DNA of 64,000 nucleotides from contig OZ360246.1 in the NCBI GenBank assembly GCA_977017645.1, positions 20,460,001-20,524,000 of the forward strand. Direction: 5' to 3'. A program made the position numbers and the translations under genes. Positions 21,560-36,500 of this stretch are shown one piece after another. The notes under the pieces are model-generated. The model saw only the letters and a program-made list of their open reading frames with translations, ran no database searches and was not told the DNA's origin. The DNA comes from Torpedo marmorata. Taxonomy: Eukaryota. Within the stretch, counting starts at the first letter, position 1. Each line of letters starts with the position of its first letter.

Positions 21560-24500
21560 CTGAACAGATCAAAGAAACGTATTCTTCTTCAACACGTGCA
21601 TCATCGAGAACTGAACCATCTTCAGAATCCCATCAGACAAAAGAGGCAGCATTGTCCAACACAGAATCTTCATCGCAAACACCGGAAATTGGACAAGCAA
21701 CATCAGCCACAATATCATCAGTGGAAACACAGACAGCACAGGAGATACAAAGAAGGGAACATTCAGTTCAAACCTATCCAAACCCAACACATGTACCTTC
21801 AGTAATGGTGTCCAGATCAGCAACATATTCATCACTTATGATGGAGTCCTCAAGAGAAAAATTCTCCACTTCAACAGAACTTTCATCGAAAATTGATTCA
21901 TCTTCAGAAAGCCGTAAAACAACAGAAGTATCTTCGATTGCTGCGTCCTCCTCGCAAACACATCCAACAAGTGTGGACTCATTATTAACCAAGCTTTCGA
22001 CAAAAGCACATAAAAAAACAGCAAAAGTCTCCTCAGAAAGTGTGTCTGGAACTGAAATTCACTTCACATCATCATCATCATCATTTTCATCTCAGTCCTC
22101 ATCAAAGACTCATCCATCCTTCACACTAGTATCATCCACAACCAAACCTTCCTCAGAAACCCATCTGACAACACTGGAATCAACAAGCACAGAACATTCA
22201 ACACAGCTCCATGAAAGCTCAACAAAAGCTTCACCTGTAACTGTGACTCCCATTGAATCACCCCACACATCCTCATCATCTTCATTGCTCACTGAATACA
22301 CATCAGAAGCAACGGTGATAACTGAATCTTCATCAGAATCCCACACAATAACAGAGGTATCTTCGATCACAACATCCTCTTCAGAAGAACATCCCACGTA
22401 TCATGAATCAACATTAACAGAGCGGTCAACAGAAACCCATCCAAGCACAACACAAATTTCTTCAGAAAGTTTGTCCCCATCACAAACCCATTTTACAGCA
22501 ACAACTTTACCTTTCCAAACTGAGAGCTCAGCAGGAACCTATTCTGAATCAACACAAGTCAAATCTACCAGTCAATCTTCATCAGTATACCATTCAACTA
22601 CAGAACAAACATCAATCACTATCCCATCCAGTGAAACACATCACACACCTAAGCAGGAACCCATTACATCTGCACATCCAAACAAAACACAAGCTTCAAC
22701 AGGAACTCGATTCACTTCAGAAACAAAGGTAACATCACCAATCACAGAGGTAACGGAGTACCCATCAGCAAAACACCCAAGAACAACAGAAACATCATCC
22801 ACAACAGAATATTCATCACAAACACTGAAAAATAGACGAGCAACATCAGCCAAAACGTCATCAGTAGAAACACAGACAACACACGAGTCAATAAGAACAG
22901 AACATTCACCACACACCTTTTCAGGCCCAACACACGTACCTTCAGAAACTGTGACCAAACCAGAAACACCTTTAACAGCAGCAACTTCATCACTAATGAC
23001 GGAATCCTCAAGGGAAACATTCTCCACGTCAACAGAACGTTCACCAAAAATTGAATCGTCATCAGAAAGCCGTATAACAACAGAAGTATCTTCCATTGCT
23101 GCGACCTCATCGCCAACACATCCAACAACAAGAGTGGAATCATCATTACCCGAGCTTTCAAAAACAGCACATGAACAAACAACAAAAGTCACCTCAGAAA
23201 GTGTTTCTGCATCTCAAACTCACTTCACAACATCCTCATCATCCTTTTCACCGCAGTCCTCATCGGAGACCCATCCAACCCCCACACAAGTATCATCCAC
23301 AACCAAACCTTCCTCAGAAACCAATCTGACAAAACTGGAATCAACAAGCACAGAACATTCAACACAGCTCCATGAAAGCTCAACCCAAGCTTCATCTGTA
23401 ACTGTGTCTCCCACTGAATCACCCCACACATCCTCATCATCTTCATTGCTCACTGAATACACATCAGAAGTCAATTCAGCACCTCCAGAAGCAACTGTGA
23501 TAACTGAATCTTCTTCAGAATCCAACTCGATAACAGAGGTATCTTCAAATACAACACCTTCTTCAGAAGAACATACCACATCTCATGAATCAACAATAAC
23601 GGAGCAGTCAACAGAAACCCAACCAAGCACAACACAGATTTCCTCAGAAACTTTGTCCCCATCACGAATCCATGTTACAGCAACAACATTACATTCCCAA
23701 ACTGAAAGCTCAGCAGGAGCCTATTCTGAATTAACACAAGTCACATCTACCAGCCGATCTTCATCAGTATCCCATCCAACGATAGAACTAACATCAATCA
23801 CCGTCTCCTTCACTGAAACACATCACACACCTAAGCAGGCACCCATTACATCTGCACATACAATCAAACCACAAGCTTCAACAGGAAGTCTATTCACTTC
23901 AGCAACTATGGTAACATCACCAATCACAGAGGCAACTGAGATCCCTTCAGCAAAATATTCAAGCGCTACAGAGCCATCAGCCACAACGGAATTCTCATCA
24001 CAAACACTGCAAAATATACAAGCCTCATCAAGTACAACGTCATCAGTAGAAACACAGACAACAATAGAGGAGTCAGCAAGAACAGAATATTCACCACAAA
24101 CCTCTGCAAGCCAAACACAGGTTACCTCAGAAAGTGTGTCTCCTTCTCACTCCCATTTAACCTCAAGACAATTATCATTGACGACACCTTCCTCAACAAA
24201 GTCACTTTCTTCATTCGGGAAAGAAACCTCAACAGCTGAATCCTCATCAGAAACACGGCCAACAACAGAATCGTTCACAATCACAAGGTCCACTCGTAAA
24301 AGCAGAACGAAAAACCCGGAGTCGTCACCCACAGATTATTCAAAGCAAATCCATTCAAATGCAACACAAGTTCCATCAGTAACGGTGTCCAAACCAGAAA
24401 CTCTCTCAGAAACAGCAGCAACTTCATCACTAATGACGGAATCCTCAAGGGAAACATTCTCCACGTCAACAGAACGTTCACCAAAAATTGAATCGTCATC

Positions 24501-27500
24501 AGAAAGCCGTATAACAACAGAAGTATCTTCCATGGCTGAGACCTCATCACAAACACATCCAACAACAAGAGTGGAATCATCATTACCCGAGCTTTCAACA
24601 ACAGCACGTGAACAAACAACAAAAGTCACCTCAGAAAGTGTTTCTGCATCTCAAACTCACTTCACAACATCCTCATCATCCTTTTCACCGCAGTCCTCAT
24701 CAGAGACCCATCCAACCTCTACACAAATATCATCCACAAACAAACCTTCCTCAGAAACCCATCTGACAACACTGGAATCAACAAGCACAGAACATTCAAC
24801 ACAGCTCCATGAAAGCTCAACACAAGCTTCATCTGTAACTGTGTCTCCCACTGAATCACCCCACACATCCTCATCATTTTCATTGCTAACTGAATCCACA
24901 TCAGAAGTCAATTCAGCACCTACAGAAGCAACTGTGATAACTGAATCTACTTCAGAATCCAACTCGATAACAGAGGTATCTTCAAACACAACACCTTCTT
25001 CAGAAGAACATACCACATCTCATGAATCAACAATAACTGAGCAGTCAACAGAAACCCAACCAAGCACAACACAAATTTCCTCAGAAAGTTTGTCCCCATC
25101 ACAAATCCATGTTACTGCAACAACATTACATTCCCAAACTGAAAGCTCAGCAGGAACCTATTCTGAATTAACAGAACTCACATCTACCAGCCGATCTTCA
25201 TCAGTATCCCATCCAACGACAGAACTAACATCAATCACCGTCTCCTCCAGTGAAACACATTACACACCTAAGCAGGAACCCATCACATCTGCACATACAA
25301 ACAAAACACAAGCTTCAACAGGAACTCGATTCACTTCAGAAACTATGGTAACATCACCAATCACAGAGGCAACTGAGATCCCTTCTGCAAAGCACCCAAG
25401 TTCAACAAGGCCATCGTCCACAACTGAATCTTCATCACAAACACTGAAAAATAGACAAGCATCATCAAGTACAACGTCATCAGTAGAAACACAGACAACA
25501 ATAGAGGAGTCAGCAAGAACAGAATATTCACCACAAACCTCTGCAAGCCAAACACAAGTTCCCTCAGAAAGTGTGTCTACTTCCCACTTCCATTTAACCT
25601 CAAGAAAATTATCATTGACGACACCTTCCTCAACACAGTCACTTTCTTCATTTGGGAAAGAAACCTCAACGGCTGAATCCTCATCAGAAACACGGCCAAC
25701 AACAGAATCATTCACAATCACAAGGTCCACTCGTGAAAGCAGAACGAAAAACCCTGAATTGTCACCCACAAATTATTCAAAGCAAATCCATTCAAACGCA
25801 ACACAAATTTCATCAGTAACGGTGTCCAAACCAGAAACTCACTCAGAAACAGCAGCAACTTCATCACTAATGACGGAATCCTCAAGGGAAACATTCTACA
25901 CGTCAACAGAACGTTCACCAAAAATTGAATCGTCATCAGAAAGCCGTATAACAACAGAAGTATCTTCCATTGCTGAGACCTCATCACAAACACATCCAAC
26001 AACAAGAGTGGAATCATCATTACCCGAGCTTTCAACAACAGCACGTGAACAAACAACAAAAGTCACCTCAGAAAGTGTTTCTGCATCTCAAACTCACTTC
26101 ACAACATCCTCATCATCCTTTTCACCGCAGTCCTCATCAGAGAACCATCCAACCTCTACACAAGTATCATCCACAACCAAACCTTCCTCAGAAACCTATC
26201 TGACAACACTGGAATCAACAAGCACAAAACATTCAACACAGCTCCATGAAAGCTCAACCCAAGCTTCATTTGTAACTGTGTCTCCCACTGAATCACCCCA
26301 CACATCCTCATCATCTTCATTGCTCACTGAATACACATCAGAAGTCAATTCAGCACCTACAGAAGCAACTATGATAACTGAATCTTCTTCAGAATCCAAC
26401 TCAATAACAGAGGTATCTTCAAACACACCTTCTTCAGAAGAACATACCACATCTCATGAATCAACAATAACTGAGCAGTCAACAGAAACCCAACCAAGCA
26501 CAACACAAATTTCCTCAGAAACTTTGTCCCCATCACGAATCCATGTTACAGCAACAACATTACATTCCCAAACGGAAAGCTCAGCAGAATCCTATACTGA
26601 ATCAAAAGAAGTCACATCTACCATCCGATCTTCATCAGTATCCCATCCAACGACAGAACTAACATCAATCACCGTCTCCTCCAGTGAAACACATCACACA
26701 ACAAAGCAGGAACCCATCACATCTGCACATACAAACAAAAGACAAACTTCAACAGGAACTCAATTCACTTCAGAAACTATGGTAACATCACCAATCACAG
26801 AGGCAACAGAGATCACTTCAGCAAAATACACAAGCACTCCAGGGCCATCATCCACAACGGAATTCTCATCACAAACACTGCAAAATAGACAAGCCTCATT
26901 AAATACAACGTCATCAGTAGAAACACAGACAACAATAGAGGAGTCAGCAAGAACAGAATATTCACCACAAACCTCTGCAAGCCAAACACAGGTTCCCTCA
27001 GAAAGTGTGTCTCCTTCTCACTCCCATTTAACCTCAAGACAATTATCATTGACGACACCTTCCTCAACACAGTCACTTTCTTCATTCGGGAAAGAAACCT
27101 CAACAGCTGAATCCTCATCAGAAACACGGCCAACAACAGAATCATTCACAATCACAAGGTCCACTCGTGAAAGCAGAATGAAAAACCCGGAGTCGTCACC
27201 CACAGATTATTCAACGCAAATCCATTCAAACACAACTCAAGTTTCATCAGCAACGGTGTCCAAACCAGAAACTCACTCAGAAACAGCAGCAACTTCATCA
27301 CTAATGACGGAATCCTCAAGGGAAACATTCTCCACGTCAACAGAACGTTCACCAAAAATTGAATCGTCATCAGAAAGCCGTATAACAACAGAAGTATCTT
27401 CCATTGCAGCGACCTCATCACAAACACATCCAACAACAAGAGTGGAATCATCATTACCCGAGCTTTCAACAAAACCAAGAGAACAAACAACAAAAGTCAC

Positions 27501-30500
27501 CTCAGAAAGTGTTTCTGCATCTCAAACTCACTTCACAACATCCTCATCATCCTTTTCACCGCAGTCCTCATCAGAGACCCATCCAACCTCTACACAAGTA
27601 TCATCCACAACCAATCCTTCCTCAGAAACCTATCTGACAACACTGGAATCAACAAGCACAGAACATTCAACACAGCTCCATGAAAGCTCGACCCAAGCTT
27701 CATCTGTAACTGTGTCTCCCACTGAATCACCCCACACATCCTCATCATCTTCATTGCTAACTGAATCCACGTCAGAAGTCAATACAGCACCTGCAGAAGC
27801 AACTGTGATAACTGAATCTACTTCAGAATCAAACTCGATAACAGAGGTATCTTCAAACACAACACCTTCTTCAGAAGAACATAGCACATCTCATGAATCA
27901 ACTATAACTGAGCGGTCAACAGAAACCCAACCAAGCACAACACAAATTTCCTCAGAAAGTTTGTCCCCATCACGAATCCATTTTACAGCAACAACATTAC
28001 ATTCCCAAACTGAAAGCTCAGCAGGAACCTACTCTGAATTAACACAAGTTACATCTACCAGCCGATCTTCATCAGTATCCCATCCAACGACAGAACTAAC
28101 ATCAATCACCGTCTCCTCCAGTGAAAGACATCACACACCTAAGCAGGAACTCATTACATCTGCACATACAAACAAAACACAAGCTTCAACAGGAACTCAA
28201 TTCACTTCAGAAACTATGGTAACATCACCAATTACAGAAGCAACTGAGATCCCTTCTGCAAAACACCCAAGTTCAACAGGGCCATCGTCCACAACAGAAT
28301 CTTCATCACAAACGCTGAAAAATATACAAGCATCATCAAGTACAACGTCATCAGTAGAAACACAGACAACAATAGAGGAGTCAGCAAGAACAGAATATTC
28401 ACCACAAACCTCTGCAAGCCAAACACAGGTTCCCTCAGAAAGTGTGTCTCCTTCTCACTCCCATTTAACCTCAAGACAATTATCATTGACGACACCTTCC
28501 TCAACACAGTCACTTTCTTCATTTGGGAAGGAAACCTCAACAGCTGAATCCTCATCAGAAACACGGCCAACAACAGAAACGTTCACAATCACAAGGTCCA
28601 CTCATAAAAGCAGAACGAATAACCCGGATTCGTCACCCACAGATTATTCAACGCAAATCCATTCAAACGCAACACAAGTTTCATCAGTAACGGTGTCCAA
28701 ACCAGAAACTCACTCAGAAACAGCAGCAACTTCATCACTAATGACGGAATCCTCAAGGGAAACATTCTCCACGTCAACAAAACGTTCACCAAAAATTGAA
28801 TCGTCATCAGAAAGCCATATAACAACAGAAGTATCTTCCATTGCAGCGACCTCATCGCAAACACATCCAACAACAAGAGTGGAATCATCATTACCCGAGC
28901 TTTCAACAACAGCACGTGAACAAACAACAAAAGTCATCTCAGAAAGTGTTTCTGCATCTCAAACTCACTTCACAACATCCTCATCATCCTTTTCACCGCA
29001 GTCCTCATCAGAGAACCATCCAACCTCTACACAAGTATCATCCACAACCAAACCTTCCTCCGAAACCCATCTGACAACACTGGAATCAACAAGCACAGAA
29101 CATTCAACACAGCTCCATGAAAGCTCAACCCAAGCTTCATCTGTAACTGTGTCTCCCACTGAATCACCCCACACATCCTCATCATCTTCATTGCTCACTG
29201 AATCCACATCAGAAGTCTATTCAGCACCTGCAGAAGCAACTGTGATGACAGAATCTACTTCACAATCCATCTCAATAACAGAGGTATCTTTGAACACAAC
29301 ACCTTCTTCAGAAGAACATACCACATCTCATGAATCAACAATAACTGAGCAGTCAACAGAAACCCAACCAAGCACAACACAGATTTCCTCAGAAACTTTG
29401 TCCCCATCACAAATCCATGTTACAGCAACAACATTACATTCCCAAACTAAAAGCTCAGCAGGAGCCTATTCTGAATCAACAGAAGTCACATCTACCAGCC
29501 GATCTTCATCAGTATCCCATCCAACGACAGAACTAACATCAATCACTGTCTCCTCCAGTGAAACACATCACACAACTAAGCAGGAACACATCACATCTGC
29601 ACATACAAACAAAAGACAACCTTCAACAGGAACTCAATTCACTTCAGAAACTATGGTAACATCACCAATCACAGAGGCAACTGAGATCCCTTCAGCAAAA
29701 TACCCAAGTTCAACAGGGCCATCGTCCACAACAGAATCTTCATCACAAACGCTGAAAAATATACAAGCCTCATCAAGTACAACGTCATCAGTAGAAACAC
29801 AGACAACAATAGAGGAGTCAGCAAGAACAGAATATTCACCACAAACCTCTGCAAGCCAAACACAAGTTACCTCAGAAAGTGTGTCTCCTTCTCACTCCCA
29901 TTTAACCTCAAGACAATTATCATTGACGACACCTTCCTCAACACAGTCACTTTCTTCATTCGGGAAAGAAACCTCAACAGCTGAATCCTCATCAGAAACA
30001 CGGCCAACAACAGAAACGTTCACAATCATAAGGTCCACTCGTAAAAGCAGAACGAAAAACCCGGAGTCGTCACCCACAAATTATTCAACGCAAATCCATT
30101 CAAACGCAACACAAGTTTCATCAGTAACGGTGTCCAAACCAGAAACTCTCTCAGAAACAGCAGCAACTTCATCACTAATGACGGAATCCTCAAGGGAAAC
30201 ATTCTCCACGTCAACAGAACGTTCACCAAAAATTGAATCGTCATCAGAAAGCCGTATAACAACCGAAGTATCTTCCATTGCAGCGACCTCATCACAAACA
30301 CATCCAACAACAAGAGTGGAATCATCATTACCCGAGCTTTCAACAACAGCACGTGAACAAACAACAAAAGTCACCTCAGAAAGTGTTTCTGCATCTCAAA
30401 CTCACTTCACAACATCCTCATCATCCTTTTCACCGCAGTCCTCATCAGAGACCCATCCAACCTCGACACAAGTATCATCCACAACCAAACCTTCCTCAGA

Positions 30501-33500
30501 AACCTATCTGACAACACTGGAATCAACAAGCTCAACACAAGCTTCATCTGTAACTGTGTCTCCCACTGAATCACCCCACACATCCTCATCATCTTCATTG
30601 CTAACTGAATCCACATCGGAAGTCAATTCAGCACCTACAGAAGCAACTGTGATAACTGAATCTTCTTCAGAATCCAACTCGATAACAGAGATATCTTTGA
30701 ACACAACACCTTCTTCAGAAGAACATAGCACATCTCATGAATCAACAATAACCGAGCGGTCAACAGAAACCCAACCAAGCACAACACAAATTTCCTCAGA
30801 CAGTTTGTCCCCATCACGAATCCATGTTACAGCAACAACATTACATTCCCAAAATGAAAGCTCAGCAGGAACCTACTCTGAATTAACACAAGTTACATCT
30901 ACCAGCCGATCTTCATCAATATCCCATCCAACGACAGAACTAACATCAATCACCGTCTCCTCCAGTGAAACACATCACACACCTAAGCAGGAACCCATTA
31001 CATCTGCACATACAAACAAAACACAAGCTTCAACAGGAACGCAATTCACTTCAGAAACTATGGTAACATCACCAATCACAGAGGCAACTGAGATCCCTAC
31101 TGCAAAACAACCAAGTTCAACAGGGCCATCGTCCACAACAGAATCTTCATCACAAACGCTGAAAAATATACAAGCATCATCAACTGCAATGTCATCAGTA
31201 GAAACACAGACAACAATAGAGGAGTCAGCAAGAACAGAATATTCACCACAAACCTCTGCAAGCCAAACACAGGTTTCCTCAGAAAGTGTGTCACCTTCTC
31301 ACTCCCATTTAACCTCAAGACAATTATCATTGACGACACCTTCCACAACACAGTCACTTTCTTCATTCGGGAAAGAAACCTCAACAGCTGAATCCTCATC
31401 AGAAACACGGCCAACAACAGAAACGTTCACAATCACAAGGTCCACTCGTAAAAGCAGAACGAATAACCCTGAATCGTCACCCACAAATTATTCAACGCAA
31501 ATCCATTCAAACGCAACACAAGTTTCATCAGTAACGGTATCCAAACCAGAAACTCTCTCAGAAAAAGCAGCAACTTCATCACTAATGACGGAATCCTCAA
31601 GGGAAACATTCTCCACGTCAACTGAACGTTCACCAAAAATTGAATCGTCATCAGAAAGCCGTATAACAACAGAAGTATCTTCAATTGCTGCGACCTCATC
31701 ACAAACACATTCAACAACAAGAGTGGAATCATCATTACCCGAGCTTTCATCAACAGCACGAGAACAAACAACAAAAGTCACCTCAGAAAGTGTTTCTGCA
31801 TCTCAAACTCACTTCACAACATCCTCATCATCCTTTTCACCGCAGTCCTCATCAGAGACCCATCCAACCTCTACACAAGTATCATCCACAACCAAACCTT
31901 CCTCAGAAACCCATCTGACAACACTGGAATCAACAAGCACAGAACATTCAACACAGCTCCATGAAAGCTCAACCCAAGCTTCATCTGTAACTGTGTCTCC
32001 CACTGAATCACCCCACACATCCTCATCATCTTCATTGCTCACTGAATCCACAACAGAAGTCAATTCAGCACCTACAGAAGCAACTGTGATGACAGAATCT
32101 ACTTCAGAATCCATCTCAATAACAGAGGTATCTTTGAACACAAGACCTTCTTCAGAAGAACATACCACATCTCATGAATCAACAATAACTGAGCAGTCAA
32201 CAGAAACCCAACCAAGCACAACACAGATTTCCTCAGAAACTTTGTCCCCATCACGAATCCATGTTACAGCAACAACATTACATTCCCAAACTGAAAGCTC
32301 AGCAGAATCCTATACTGAATCAACAGAAGTCACATCTACCAGCCGATCTTCATCAGTATCCCATCCAACGACAGAACTAGCATCAATCACCGTCTCCTCC
32401 AGTGAAACACATCACACAACTAAGCAGGAACCCATCACATCTGCACATACAAACAAAAGACAACCTTCAACAGGAACTCAATTCACTTCAGAAACTATGG
32501 TAACATCACCAATCACAGAGGCAACAGAGATCCCTTCAGCAAAATACACAAGCACTACAGGGCCATCATCCACAACGGAATTCTCATCACAAACACTGCA
32601 AAATAGACAATCCTCATCAAGTACAATGTCATCAGTAGAAACACAGACAACAATAGAGGAGTCAGCAAGAACAGAATATTCACCACAAACCTCTGCAAGC
32701 CAAACACAGGTTACGTCCGAAAGTGTGTCTCCTTCTCACTCTCATTTAACCTCAAGACAATTATCATTGACGACACCTTCCTCAACACAGTCACTTTCTT
32801 CATTTAGGAAAGAAACCTCAACAGCTGAATCCTCATCAGAAACACGGCCAACAACAGAATCATTCACAATCACAAGGTCAACTCGTGAAAGCAGAACGAA
32901 AAACCCGGAGTCGTCACCCACAGATTATTCAACGCAAATCCATTCAAACACAACTCAAGTTTCATCAGCAACGGTGTCCAAACCAGAAACTCTCTCAGAA
33001 ACAGCAGCAACTTCATCACTAATGACGGACTCCTCAAGGGAAACATTCTCCACGTCAACTGAACGTTCACCAAAAATTGAATCGTCATCAGAAAGCCGTA
33101 TAACAACAGAAGTATCTTCCATTGCAGCGACCTCATCACAAACACATCCAACAACAAGAGTGGAATCATCATTACCCGAGCTTTCAACAACACCAAGTGA
33201 ACAAACAACAAAAGTCACCTCAGAAAGTGTTTCTGCATCTCAAACGCACTTCACAACAATCTCATCATCCTTTTCACTGCAGTCCTCATCAGAGACCCAT
33301 CCAACCTCTACACAAGTACCATCCACAACCAAACCTTCCTCTGAAACCCATCTGACAACACTGGAATCAACAAGCACAGAACATTCAACACAGCTCCATG
33401 AAAGCTCAACCCAAGCTTCATCTGTAACTGTGTCTCCCACTGAATCACCCCACACATCCTCATCATCTTCATTGCTCACTGAATCCACATCAGAAGTCTA

Positions 33501-36500
33501 TTCAGCACCTGCAGAAGCAACTGTGATGACAGAATCTACTTCAGAATCCATCTCAATAACAGAGGTATCTTTGAACACAAGACCTTCTTCAGAAGAACAT
33601 ACCACATCTCATGAATCAACAATAACTGAGCAGTCAACAGAAACCCAACCAAGCACAACACAGATTTCCCCAGAAACTTTGTCCCCATCACGAATCCATG
33701 TTACAGCAACAACATTACATTCCCAAACTGAAAGCTCAGCAGGAGCCTATTCTGAATCAACAGAAGTCACATCTACCAGCCGATCTTCATCAGTATCCCA
33801 TTCAACGACAGAACTAACATCAATCACCGTCTCCTCCAGTGAAACACATCACACAACTAAGCAGGAACCCATCACATCTGCACATACAAACAAAAGACAA
33901 CCTTCAACAGGAACTCAATTCACTTCAGAAACTATGGTAACATCACCAATCACAGAGGCAACTGAGATCCCTTCAGCAAAATACCCAAGCACTAAAGGGC
34001 CATCATCCACAACGGAATTCTCATCACAAACACTGCAAAATAGACAAGCCTCATCAAGTACAACGTCATCAGTAGAAACACAGACAACAATAGAGGAGTC
34101 AGCAAGAACAGAATATTCACCACAAACCTCTGCAAGCCAAACACAAGTTCCCTCAGAAAGTGTGTCTCCTTCTCACTCCCATTTAACCTCAAGACAATTA
34201 TCATTGACGACACCTTCCTCAACACAGTCACTTTCTTCATTTGGGAAGGAAACCTCAACAGCTGAATCCTCATCAGAAACACGGCCAACAACAGAATCAT
34301 TCACAATCACAAGGTCCACTCGTGAAAGCAGAACGAAAAACCCGGAGTCGTCACCCACAGATTATTCAACGCAAATCCATTCAAACACAACTCAAGTTTC
34401 ATCAGCAACGGTGTCCAAACCAGAAACTCACTCAGAAACAGCAGCAACTTCATCACTAGTGACGGAATCCTCAAGGGAAACATTCACCACGTCAACAGAA
34501 CGTTCACCAAAAATTGAATCGTCATCAGAAAGCCGTATAACAACAGAAGTATCTTCCATTGCAGCGACCTCATCACAAACACATCCAACAACAAGAGTGG
34601 AATCATCATTACCCGAGCTTTCAACAACAGCACGTGAACAAACAACAAAAGTCACCTCAGAAAGTGTTTCTGCATCTCAAACTCACTTCACAACATCCTC
34701 ATCATCCTTTTCACCGCAGTCCTCATCAGAGACGCATCCAACCTCTACACAAGTATCATCCACAACCAAACCTTCCTCAGAAACCCATCTGACAACACTG
34801 GAATCAACAAGCACAGAACATTCAACACAGCTCCATGAAAGCTCAACACAAGCTTCATCTGTAACTGTGTCTCCCACTGAATCACCCCACACATCCTCAT
34901 CATCTTCATTGCTAACTGAATTCGCGTCAGAAGTCAATTCAGCACCTACAGAAGCAACTGTGATAACTGAATCTTCTTCAGAATCCAACTCGATAACAGA
35001 GATATCTTTGAACACAACACCTTCTTCAGAAGAACATACCACATCTCATGAATCAACAATAACTGAGCAGTCAACAGAAACCCAACCAAGCACAACACAA
35101 ATTTCCTCAGAAACTTTGTCCCCATCACGAATCCATGTTACAGCAACAACATTACATTCCCAAACGGAAAGCTCAGCAGAATCCTATACTGAATCAACAG
35201 AAGTCACATCTACCAGCCGATCTTCATCAGTATCCCATCCAACGACAGAACTAACATCAATCACCGTCTCCTCCAGTGAAACACATCACACAACTAAGCA
35301 GGAACCCATCACATCTGCACATACAAACAAAAGACAACCTTCAACAGGAACTCAATTCACTTCAGAAACTATGGTAACATCACCAATCACAGAGGCAACT
35401 GAGATCCCTTCAGCAAAATACCCAAGCACTAAAGGGCCATCATCCACAACGGAATTCTCATCACAAACACTGCAAAAGAGACAAGCCTCATCAAGTACAA
35501 CGTCATCAGTAGAAACACAGACAACAATAGAGGAGTCAGCAAGAACAGAATATTCACCACAAACCTCTGCAAGCCAAACACAGGTTCCCTCAGAAAGTGT
35601 GTCTCCTTCTCACTCCCATTTAACCTCAAGACAATTATCATTGACGACACCTTCCTCAACACAGTCACTTTCTTCATTCGGGAAAGAAACCTCAACAGCT
35701 GAATCCTCATCAGAAACACGGCCAACAACAGAAACGTTCACAATCACAAGGTCCACTCGTAAAAGCAGAACGAAAAACCCTGAATCGTCACCCACAAATT
35801 ATTCAACGCAAATCCATTCAAACGCAACGCAAGTTTCATCAGTAACGGTGTCGAAACCAGAAACTCTCTCAGAAACAGCAGCAACTTCATCACTAATGAC
35901 GGAATCCTCAAGGGAAACATTCTCCACGTCAACAGAACGTTCACCAAAAATTGAATCGTCATCAGAAAGCCGTATAACAACAGAAGTATCTTCCATTGCA
36001 GCGACCTCATCACAAACACATCCAACAACAAGAGTGGAATCATCATTACCCGAGCTTTCAACAACAGCACGTGAACAAACAACAAAAGTCACCTCAGAAA
36101 GTGTTTCTGCATCTCAAACTCACTTCACAACATCCTCATCATCCTTTTCACCGCAGTCCTCAACAGAGACCCATCCAACCTCGACACAAGTATCATCCAC
36201 AACCAAACCTTCCTCAGAAACCTATCTGACAACACTGGAATCAACAAGCTCAACACAAGCTTCATCTGTAACTGTGTCTCCCACTGAATCACCCCACACA
36301 TCCTCATCATCTTCATTGCTAACTGAATCCACATCGGAAGTCAATTCAGCACCTACAGAAGCAACTGTGATAACTGAATCTTCTTCAGAATCCAACTCGA
36401 TAACAGAGATATCTTTGAACACAACACCTTCTTCAGAAGAACATAGCACATCTCATGAATCAACAATAACCGAGCGGTCAACAGAAACCCAACCAAGCAC

